DNA of 64,000 nucleotides, from sequence record SRR9188677_103. One strand, 5' to 3'. Each line of letters opens with the position of its first letter. The stretch's first letter is position 1. Under the pieces are notes generated by a model, which worked only from the letters and a program-made list of their open reading frames with translations, was not told the origin of the DNA and did not search any database. The position numbers were made by a program, and so were the translations under genes. Below, piece by piece: positions 53,660 through 61,880 of this stretch.

Positions 53660-54412
53660 TTATTGAGGAAATACCCCACAGTCTACGTTGATACACTGCC
53701 CAGTGATAGCAGATGATGCCGGCGAAGCCAGAAATACGCACATGGCTCCTACTTCGGCTCCGGTGGGTAACCGTTTCAACGCAGCATTCTCTGCGGCAAA
53801 TTTTGAAATGAACGCGTACGGATCAGTGTTTGCTGCAGGTGCAAAAGGTTCTTTCAATGCTTCAATGAGGCCATCAGTAGTAATCAGTACCGGACAGAGC
53901 GCGTTCACGCGGATGCCTCTCGGACCTATCTCTTTGGCCAACGATTGGGTTAATCCGTTCATGCCGAACTTTGACGCACAATACATCGTATTATTTGCAC
54001 TGCCTCTTTTACCGGCGATACTGGAAATATTGATGATAACAGCTCCATCCTGCATAACCGCTGAGGCCGCTTTACAGCCCCAGAAAGCCCCTTTCAGGTT
54101 GGTACCGATCAGTTCATCAAAAAAGGATTCGTCAATATTGGCAATGGGACGCCATTCTGAAAAGCCGGCGTTATTGATAAAACAATCAAGCCGGCCTGTT
54201 TTTTCCATCGCTATTTGTACCAGTTTTACATGGTCGGATTCTTTCCTGACATCGATTTGCAGGAAGGTGATTTTATCGCCAAAACGTTCTTTGAGTCCCA
54301 TTTCCTTACGGGCGCCTACGATTACATGATACCCTGCATTTACAAAGGCTTCGGTTATGCTCAGTCCGATACCCCGGTTACCACCTGTAACCACTACCGT
54401 TTTTTGTTCCAT
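53660..54412 (-). CDS. SDR family oxidoreductase
   Basis: TGGNRGIG, NNAG, NISS, YCASKFG, ITGQCINVDCG. Confidence 0.92.
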   Translation of the reverse strand: MEQKTVVVTGGNRGIGLSITEAFVNAGYHVIVGARKEMGLKERFGDKITFLQIDVRKESDHVKLVQIAMEKTGRLDCFINNAGFSEWRPIANIDESFFDELIGTNLKGAFWGCKAASAVMQDGAVIINISSIAGKRGSANNTMYCASKFGMNGLTQSLAKEIGPRGIRVNALCPVLITTDGLIEALKEPFAPAANTDPYAFISKFAAENAALKRLPTGAEVGAMCVFLASPASSAITGQCINVDCGVFPQ

Positions 54413-54450
54413 AATTTTTTTATTTATTGGGGCCCTGATCCCACTTTACC

Positions 54451-55233
54451 TTAAATGGTCATACAGGAATATCCGCCATCCACTTCGATTTCTGCGCCGG
54501 TTACAAAACTGGCCGCATCAGAAGCCAGCCATAACATGGCACCCACCAGTTCTACCGGTTCACCAAATCTGGCCATGGGCGTATGGCCCAGGATAGCGGC
54601 TTCGCGTTCGGGCGTGATAAAATTCTTTCTGTTCCATTCTGTAGGGAGAAATCCCGGACGGATCGCATTTACCCGAACCCCCTTGGTTCCCCATTCCCTT
54701 CCCAGGTTCTGGGTCAGGTTTTTAATACCAGCCTTTGCTACTGAGTACGTAAATGCTTTTGACAATGGGGGACCTGCCGAAGCAGATGAGATATTGATGA
54801 TAGATCCGCTTCCTCTCTTTACCATATACTCTCCAAATACCTGACAACCGAGGAAGGTACCTGTAATCTGTGAGTCAATGATAGCATACCATTCTTTCAG
54901 ATCAATATCAAAGAAAGGAGTAGACCCGTTGATACCTGCGCCATTTACCAATATGTCTATTTTTCCGAACGCAGCCAGTACATCGTTCAATGCTTTCACG
55001 TGATCTTCTTTTTTAGCAACATCGATCGCCAATGAGATCACTTTATCGTTTCCGGCTGCACGTATTTCTGCTTCCACTGCCTGCGCTTTTTCGAGACGCA
55101 GATCAAGCACAGCAACAGCACAACCGGCACGGGCATACCCTCTTGCCATTTCGCCACATAAATGTCCGCCTGCACCGGTAACCACGGCCACTTTACCTTC
55201 CAGGTTAAATAGTTGATTGAGGTAAGTATTCAT
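54451..55233 (-). CDS. SDR family oxidoreductase (gluconate 5-dehydrogenase/mannonate oxidoreductase-like)
   Basis: LFNLEGKVAVVTGAGG, NISS, YSVAKAG, VNAIRPGF, HTPMARFGEP.ELVG. Confidence 0.88.
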   Translation of the reverse strand: MNTYLNQLFNLEGKVAVVTGAGGHLCGEMARGYARAGCAVAVLDLRLEKAQAVEAEIRAAGNDKVISLAIDVAKKEDHVKALNDVLAAFGKIDILVNGAGINGSTPFFDIDLKEWYAIIDSQITGTFLGCQVFGEYMVKRGSGSIINISSASAGPPLSKAFTYSVAKAGIKNLTQNLGREWGTKGVRVNAIRPGFLPTEWNRKNFITPEREAAILGHTPMARFGEPVELVGAMLWLASDAASFVTGAEIEVDGGYSCMTI

Positions 55234-55247
55234 ACTATAGGTTTATA

Positions 55248-56036
55248 TTATTTACGCATGTTATTGATCAGGCCCTGCATTTTTTCCGCCCATTTCCACA
55301 ACACAAAAAGATCTGATCCGAGAATGGCATAAGTGTGACCCAGATCAAAGAGCGCTTGTACACTTTCGGGAGTAGAGTCAGCTACCTGTGTGCCACAGCT
55401 TTTACCGTATTTTTCACAGGCTGCAATCACTTTACGGGAAGCTTCCAGTACCAACGGGTGAGTAGTTTGTCCGGGAACACCCAGCGAACCTGAAATGTCC
55501 AATGGACCAATCATCACGGCATCCACTTCATCAAAAGCGAGTAATTGCTCTATATTTTCTACTGCCTGTATGGTTTCTACCTGGATCATGAATATGGACT
55601 CTTTGTTCCAGTTATTGATATAGGTATCAAAGTCGAACCCGTATGCCTGGGCCCGATTCACACCATAACTTCTTTTACCAACCGGCGGGTATTTGATATC
55701 ATTGATCAATGCACGTACCTGTTCGGGCGTATTCACCATCTGTATCAGCATACCATCGGCACCAGACTCAATCAAGGGTTTGATCCAGTCGTTGGAGTGA
55801 GATACCGGGCGTGGCAGACAGGGAACGCCTTCACTCTGGCTGGCTGCGATAATGCGTTGTGCTTCTGCAAGTGAGATAGTGGAATGTTCCATATCAATGG
55901 CCATGAAATCGAAACCGGCCCTTGCAAAGGTTTCTGTGATGGACGGGTGTGCATAAGAAACCCAACCGGCAAACATTCTTTCTCTGTTACGGAGTTTTTG
56001 TTTGAGCGCGGCTCTTTTTTCAGCTATCGTATTCAT
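55248..56036 (-). CDS. HpcH/HpaI class II pyruvate aldolase
   Basis: GW, GFDF..IDMEHS, PRP, YPP.GKR, IQVET, IGPLDIS.SLG. Confidence 0.9.
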   Translation of the reverse strand: MNTIAEKRAALKQKLRNRERMFAGWVSYAHPSITETFARAGFDFMAIDMEHSTISLAEAQRIIAASQSEGVPCLPRPVSHSNDWIKPLIESGADGMLIQMVNTPEQVRALINDIKYPPVGKRSYGVNRAQAYGFDFDTYINNWNKESIFMIQVETIQAVENIEQLLAFDEVDAVMIGPLDISGSLGVPGQTTHPLVLEASRKVIAACEKYGKSCGTQVADSTPESVQALFDLGHTYAILGSDLFVLWKWAEKMQGLINNMRK

Positions 56037-56054
56037 TTGGTATTATTTTATTGA

Positions 56055-57014
56055 TCAATGATCAAGCATGCTTCTCAACTGGTGGCGTATCGGTCCGTCG
56101 TATGGCCTGTAAAAAGGAGGATTCAAGAGGTAGTATTGCTGGTGCCATGGACACAGTTCATTAACCAGCACCTTATCGTTGGGTTCCCATGGGTAGTCTG
56201 CGATCCGGGTGATGGTGCCGTCGGGTAAGGATTTCTCTTCCCTGTTGCAGCAATAAAAATGAACCGGCCTTTTAGTGGCGGCCGAATGTATGTTGGCAAA
56301 GTAGCCTGCAATAACCGGAGGATCCATTTCCTGCATGGATACGATATTGATTACAATATCCGCCGGTAGTTCATTCAACAGGTCATGATCAGTCGCCTGG
56401 ATCGCTATTATGCGAATCCCCGGTTTATCCACTGAAATATCTTCCGATATGGCACGTGCCTCTTCGATTCCGGTAATCAGTTCTACGGAATGATCAAATA
56501 CTTCCTCTCCCAGCCATTGTTTCAGGTACCAAAGATCTACCAGTAAGGTTTTGGTAAGGTTTACCAGTACAATGGTACGCACCGATTGGCTGGCATGCAG
56601 CAAACAGGTCATTGATGCAAAGCCATCCCCAATTACCCATGCGATGCCATTTCCCGCAACCTTTACAGGGATATGTTGTTTGAGGAAAGCTAGTGTCAGT
56701 GTTTGCCTGAGAACATCCAACGAATACGCTTTTTTCTGTTTACGTGCGATATGGGCATTCAATGCATCCAACTTCGCAAAGCTGGGGTAAGCTGCACCCA
56801 TTTTTCTGAACCGGGCCTGCAGTATCCTGTGGCCGATCCAGTTAAACCCTCTGTAAGGTTTTTCCAGGCTGCCGAATCCCTGTAGTCCGTTGAAATCATC
56901 TCCGGTGAAATGAAACCCGGTATGGTATTTTTTCCAGTGAGAACTGGCAGCAGTATCTTCCTTGCGTACCTCGCCCGCCAGAAAAGCAATGGCTGATTGG
57001 CCTTTATAACCCAT
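56055..57014 (-). CDS. Putative sugar O-methyltransferase
   Basis: SSHW near N-terminus, VIGDGFA SAM-like loop, NIVSMQEM..I..YF, FYCCNREEK. Confidence 0.6.
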   Translation of the reverse strand: MGYKGQSAIAFLAGEVRKEDTAASSHWKKYHTGFHFTGDDFNGLQGFGSLEKPYRGFNWIGHRILQARFRKMGAAYPSFAKLDALNAHIARKQKKAYSLDVLRQTLTLAFLKQHIPVKVAGNGIAWVIGDGFASMTCLLHASQSVRTIVLVNLTKTLLVDLWYLKQWLGEEVFDHSVELITGIEEARAISEDISVDKPGIRIIAIQATDHDLLNELPADIVINIVSMQEMDPPVIAGYFANIHSAATKRPVHFYCCNREEKSLPDGTITRIADYPWEPNDKVLVNELCPWHQQYYLLNPPFYRPYDGPIRHQLRSMLDH

Positions 57015-57412
57015 TATTTATTTTTTAATAGTGCATCCACCACCGGATGCAAATGCAATAAACCAACCAGGATACCCTTATCATCCACCACTGGCAGATC
57101 CCAGATCTTTTTAGATTCCATCACCTCGATCACATGGGTAAGGGTATCTTTCGGATCAGTAGTTACGGGAGAAACAATGGCATGATCCAGTGCATCATCC
57201 ACAAAGAATGCGGAAAGAGGTTTTTGTACTTTCAATAATTTCCTGCGGATATCCCCATCAGTAAGGATCCCCAATAATTTATGGTTACTATCTACGATAC
57301 AGGCAATTCCAAGGCGAAGACGGTTCATTTCCTCCAGTGCTTCTTTCATGATAACCGTTTCTGCAATTACCGGGAACTTTATCAGCGGCAACATAACCTC
57401 ATTAACAAGCAT
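57014..57412 (-). CDS. Stand-alone CBS-pair protein (resembles the KdsD/KpsF C-terminal domain)
   Basis: V.EVM, LGILTDGDIRR, KKIWDLPVVD..G.LVGLLHLH; no SIS domain. Confidence 0.85.
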   Translation of the reverse strand: MLVNEVMLPLIKFPVIAETVIMKEALEEMNRLRLGIACIVDSNHKLLGILTDGDIRRKLLKVQKPLSAFFVDDALDHAIVSPVTTDPKDTLTHVIEVMESKKIWDLPVVDDKGILVGLLHLHPVVDALLKNK

Positions 57413-57416
57413 ACTA

Positions 57417-58298
57417 TTATTTTTTGGGGTGAATATTATCTGGACCATATTTTGCCAGTAATTCAAGACGGGTTTCGTGCATCACTTTTGCCTGGATAAG
57501 GATATTTTCCAGGTATTTGATATCCAGTACAGTATTGGCATCAGACAATGCATTATCCGGATCATCATGCACTTCCATGAACAGGAGGTTGATCCCGTTT
57601 GCAACAGCAGCCCTTACCAGATGTGGTATAAATTCGCGCTGTCCGCCGGATATATTACCCATCGAAGTTGGTAACTGAATGGAGTGGGTAGCATCAAAAC
57701 AAACCGGATAACCGGTTGAAGCCATGATGGGGAAACAGGTCATATCGTTTACCAGCATGTTATATCCGAAAAAAGTACCACGGTCTGCCAGGATAATCTG
57801 GCTGTTACCATTGGCTTCCAGTTTCCGGCAGGAGTTCTTCATGTTCCACGGACTCATGAACTGTCCTTTTTTCAGGAGTACGGGGCGGTTGGTCTTGGCG
57901 GCAGCTCTTAAGATAGAAGTCTGGCGGCATAAATAAGCCGGCACCTGTACCATATCGCAAACCTCACCGGTGGCGGCACCCCAGGCTGGATCTGAAAAAT
58001 CAGACACAACCGGTACACCAAACTCTTTCCGGATATCAGACAGTATCTGTAAACCTTCGTGGATCCCCATACCATGAAAGCTGGTAGGAGAAGAGCGACA
58101 ATCCTTGTCATAACAGGATTTGTAGATCCATTCGATACCTACCCTGCGGCAGATATCACCGGTAAGTTCAGCCATTCTGAAGGCATGATCACGGTTCTCT
58201 ATGGCGCAAGGTCCACCAACAAATACCAATGGAAGGTCTGCACCGATCTGTACAGGCTTCACATCACCATACCCAACTGAGATTATTTTATTTTTCAT
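57417..58298 (-). CDS. KdsA-family (KDO8P-synthase-like) PEP-dependent synthase, divergent
   Basis: GGPCAIE, QVPAYLCRQT, KKGQF, RGTFFGY, FDATHS, FMEVH..P..ALSD; KANRS replaced by KDCRS. Confidence 0.9.
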   Translation of the reverse strand: MKNKIISVGYGDVKPVQIGADLPLVFVGGPCAIENRDHAFRMAELTGDICRRVGIEWIYKSCYDKDCRSSPTSFHGMGIHEGLQILSDIRKEFGVPVVSDFSDPAWGAATGEVCDMVQVPAYLCRQTSILRAAAKTNRPVLLKKGQFMSPWNMKNSCRKLEANGNSQIILADRGTFFGYNMLVNDMTCFPIMASTGYPVCFDATHSIQLPTSMGNISGGQREFIPHLVRAAVANGINLLFMEVHDDPDNALSDANTVLDIKYLENILIQAKVMHETRLELLAKYGPDNIHPKK

Positions 58299-58339
58299 AT
58301 TTCGTATCTGGTTAAAAAGAATTTTTAAATCCTGCGTAG

Positions 58340-59407
58340 TTAGTAAATTATTTCAAAATAGGAAGAAGAGGTGTTCCGGAAAAAGTTTCGTCCGTATAAT
58401 TCTCTTCTCACGATCTGGTAATGGTTGATGGGGAAAATATCAAAATGACGGGTGGGTTTGCCATGAATCATATAGTCCCGGATAGTGATATCCGTATCAT
58501 AGGTCTTCTCAAAGAAGGGACTGCTCACAAACCGGTTAACCAGGTAAATATGTTTTGAAGTCTGGAAAAGTGGGCTGTCGAAATAATTCGAGAAATGATC
58601 TTTCCGCATTTCACCCAGGCTGAAGAAGTTGGACATAAGCGCTGCCTTATGGCCTGCGATCTTATGGAAATCATTGACTGGCACATACAGGAATGAACCT
58701 TCCGGCATATCTGACAGGTTCTTGAACTGATCAACTTCTGAAGGCAGGTAATGGTTGCTGTTGGGATACTGGGTACTGAGGTACAGATAACTGCGTAACA
58801 GCTGGTGATGAAAGTCTACCAGTACGATCCTTGATGTAGGATAATATTTTTTAACCAACCCCTGCAGGCCACCGTAAAAAGATCCGATATCCACCCATAC
58901 ATCTCCGGGAGCTAGTAATTGCTGGTTCCTGATCTGGGCCAGCAGGTAGATATATCTTAACCAGCGGTGAGACACCGAATAACCATTCACCAAGGGGAAT
59001 TGGGAAGCACCGGGGGTATCAATCTGCGGGTTATCTGTTAAGAGGTCTTTGCCGCCAATTGATTCAACGATGCTGATATCATCGAGCATCATGGAATGAC
59101 TGAACAGTCCCTGGATCCTGAAGTTGATCCTGTTGGCAATGTTTCCCAGGATCCTTGCAAGAAAGGAAGAATTATCACGAACCCCGATGGCAGCTTTTGA
59201 AAAAATATTCAGGCCATGGTTCACTCCCATATCCGACTGGCCGGCCCAATTACGAAGGCTATCAATGGTAAAACCCGAATGCAGCAGTTCATACGCACTA
59301 CTGATAATCTTCTGGTGTTTTGTATCTATCTCTGAGATGGATCCATCCTTAAAAAAATCCGGTGACTTTGAAATGAAATATTCTAACTGAGACTGAAACT
59401 TATCCAT
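58340..59407 (-). CDS. Putative sugar O-methyltransferase
   Basis: LRYIY, VDIGSFYGG, LVDF, NFFSLGEM...YF, VNR. Confidence 0.7.
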   Translation of the reverse strand: MDKFQSQLEYFISKSPDFFKDGSISEIDTKHQKIISSAYELLHSGFTIDSLRNWAGQSDMGVNHGLNIFSKAAIGVRDNSSFLARILGNIANRINFRIQGLFSHSMMLDDISIVESIGGKDLLTDNPQIDTPGASQFPLVNGYSVSHRWLRYIYLLAQIRNQQLLAPGDVWVDIGSFYGGLQGLVKKYYPTSRIVLVDFHHQLLRSYLYLSTQYPNSNHYLPSEVDQFKNLSDMPEGSFLYVPVNDFHKIAGHKAALMSNFFSLGEMRKDHFSNYFDSPLFQTSKHIYLVNRFVSSPFFEKTYDTDITIRDYMIHGKPTRHFDIFPINHYQIVRRELYGRNFFRNTSSSYFEIIY

Positions 59408-59416
59408 ACTGAGAAA

Positions 59417-60142
59417 TTATTTTATCGCCAGGAACCCTTCAAATGCCAGGTATTTCTGAACGGTGCAAATATCAAGAAATCCTGCCCTTTTCAACATATC
59501 AACGTTGCCATTGGTAGAAAATGGTTCCAATATCCCTTTCAGGCTTCTTGTTTTTCCAATGATCTCTTCACAGGAATACCCCTGGGAAAGTTTGTAATCA
59601 TTATATAAGGTAGTGATGATATCCTGGAAACGGGCATCCGGGTAACGCACTTTCTCAAAGAGTATGAATGCACCTCCCCAGTTGAGTGATTCATAGATAC
59701 GGTTGATCAGGTTCTGTCTTTCTTTCGGATGAACAAACTGGATCGTATAATAACAAACCACCAGATCACAGGGTTCGAATTCGATACGGGTGATATCGGA
59801 GTCAAAGAACTGGATCTTTCCCGGCAGGGCGTTGAATTTACCCAGTTTCTCATTGGCTTTACCGATCATATCTGATTCGATATCGTATCCATAGAACTGT
59901 GCACCTTCCTTATTCCTGTTATGATTGTACAAATTGAACGTAAGTGTTCCGGTTGAACAACCCAGCTCATATACCACGGAATCCTTCTTCACAAAATAAT
60001 CGCTGAGCTGACAGATCAGGTTATGCCCTTCTTTGTAGAAAGGAACCGATTTGGACACATGATCATCAAAGCTGTCTACCATCTCACCTGAAAATTTCCA
60101 ATCGGCATTGCTGGCACTGATGTTATCACCAACTGTTTTCAT
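59417..60142 (-). CDS. CmoA (carboxy-SAM synthase)-family protein
   Basis: WKF...FDDHVSKSVPFY, VYELGCSTG, YTIQF, GGAFILFEK, DYK..QGYS..EI..K..SL, L..AGF match the CmoA layout. Confidence 0.8.
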   Translation of the reverse strand: MKTVGDNISASNADWKFSGEMVDSFDDHVSKSVPFYKEGHNLICQLSDYFVKKDSVVYELGCSTGTLTFNLYNHNRNKEGAQFYGYDIESDMIGKANEKLGKFNALPGKIQFFDSDITRIEFEPCDLVVCYYTIQFVHPKERQNLINRIYESLNWGGAFILFEKVRYPDARFQDIITTLYNDYKLSQGYSCEEIIGKTRSLKGILEPFSTNGNVDMLKRAGFLDICTVQKYLAFEGFLAIK

Positions 60143-60164
60143 AAATTACTATTTAGAGTGTAGG

Positions 60165-61835
60165 TTAAAGATCTTTGAAAATATCCTCGAGTGCATCCCT
60201 TCCTAAGATCAGTTTGCCCTCCAGATCTTTCCCGAATTCAGCCCCGTAGGTATCCGGAACAAAAAACACCGATTTTTTGCAAATATCGGCCATAGAATAA
60301 TAGGTTGAAGTATAAGGGAAATTAATCACTAGATCGACCGGATTGCCTGCGATGCGGATATTACTATAGGGGTTAATCAACGAAAATAACGGACCCAATT
60401 CCTTTTGTATGGAGCCAATCATCGATTTGTAATCTTCTGGCAGTTCCGGCGAGGAAAGTGAGTACTTGGGTTTCAAAAAAATCTTACAGTTATATTTCCG
60501 CGAAAGATACACTATATCAGTAAAAAATGACCCCAAAAAATCCGGTTTGGCCGTTTTGTCGCCAATTATACTCCTGCCAAGGTCCTTATTGTCACTTTCG
60601 GTAGGTACATCAAAAACAAGGATCGCTTTCTCCTGATCGGTGAGGGTAAGTGTACAGTAAGTTTCGTACCCAAGGTTTACCGGTATGGCTTCGCTGATAT
60701 CGTAGCTGGCCAGTGGCAATCTTAATCCAAATCTCCCGTTTACATATTCCTTACAGCAATTGATCAATACAGAATGAAATGCGAACCCGATGGGATTACG
60801 CGCATAAAAGGAAAACACCGGCAGATCACATTCTTCCAGTAAGGCATCTCCTTCGAAAACCGTTTGCTGGTTCAGCATATTCCTGGAAACCTCTTTTGAC
60901 GGAGGTACAAAAAAATTCTGGCTATAAGAATATACTTCTATCAGTTTATCATATGCCGAACCGTATTTCAGTAAACCCAGTTCATGAAAAGCCAGTATAT
61001 AGATACGGGAGATACTGACATTTTTTGAGGTAAGTGCCTCCAGCATGGAAAGATAGCGGCGGGCAGTAAGCGACTGCCGAATATAGGCTACCAGTAAAAA
61101 AAGACCAGGTTTTTTGGTTCTCTGCCAATAGTTGCTGCACTCCCTGAAAAAAAGCCGGATAGCAGTGCCCCAACCCATTATTTCCGTAACAGCTGCCAGT
61201 TTTGTATGTGCGAACTCCATGGGCAGAAAAGCCTCTGCCTCCGTGTTGCCGGCTGTTTCGTGTTTCTTACTTGGCCGCTGGTATTCATCAATGGTCAGAA
61301 ATTGCTCCCCGCTGCCGGCCAGGTTTTTTTTTGAGATCAGGTATTCAACAAATGATTTCGGATATTTCATTTCATGCGGGTCATAGGAAAACGCATGTTC
61401 CGGGAACCCGATACAAACCGCGACCTTCCCCGATACCCCTGTATAGTCAATACCAAAACGGCACCTGAAACCCCGCAGTGAAACAAACAGGTCTTTCAAT
61501 ACATCTGTACCTGCATGCCACAAACTAAGCCACATAAAAAGCTCTTTCTTCAGGAAGGGCATTTTATGGCAGGTCTGGTAGGTAGCATACCGATGCCGGA
61601 AATGTTTTTTCAGCTGTCCACTGAACACATCCAGACAAAACTGCTGGGAGAACGCAGCTGTTGAAGCAGTGCCGGTAGCAAACGCCTTTCCGATATAGGT
61701 AAAAACCTCGGTATTGATCCCCAGGTTGATTCGCTTTCTTTCAGATACCCACTCTCCAAAACCCAGGTCTTTCCGCCCATAAATACACATGGCTTCATAC
61801 GAGTATCCATATATCTTTAATAAGGGTCTAACCAT
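60165..61835 (-). CDS. Hypothetical polysaccharide biosynthesis protein with C-terminal P(F/Y)TS motif
   Basis: 556 aa; VFDV, LKPKY and INFPYTST in the C-terminal region recall the PFTS-motif polysaccharide proteins. Confidence 0.5.
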   Translation of the reverse strand: MVRPLLKIYGYSYEAMCIYGRKDLGFGEWVSERKRINLGINTEVFTYIGKAFATGTASTAAFSQQFCLDVFSGQLKKHFRHRYATYQTCHKMPFLKKELFMWLSLWHAGTDVLKDLFVSLRGFRCRFGIDYTGVSGKVAVCIGFPEHAFSYDPHEMKYPKSFVEYLISKKNLAGSGEQFLTIDEYQRPSKKHETAGNTEAEAFLPMEFAHTKLAAVTEIMGWGTAIRLFFRECSNYWQRTKKPGLFLLVAYIRQSLTARRYLSMLEALTSKNVSISRIYILAFHELGLLKYGSAYDKLIEVYSYSQNFFVPPSKEVSRNMLNQQTVFEGDALLEECDLPVFSFYARNPIGFAFHSVLINCCKEYVNGRFGLRLPLASYDISEAIPVNLGYETYCTLTLTDQEKAILVFDVPTESDNKDLGRSIIGDKTAKPDFLGSFFTDIVYLSRKYNCKIFLKPKYSLSSPELPEDYKSMIGSIQKELGPLFSLINPYSNIRIAGNPVDLVINFPYTSTYYSMADICKKSVFFVPDTYGAEFGKDLEGKLILGRDALEDIFKDL

Positions 61836-61880
61836 GCAAACTGGGCTTCTTTAATTGGGCACGCATACACGTCTACAGGA

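Noticed and set aside
53688-54329. 213-aa plus-strand ORF
   Set aside because: Antisense mirror of the SDR gene; long antisense ORFs are common opposite SDRs.
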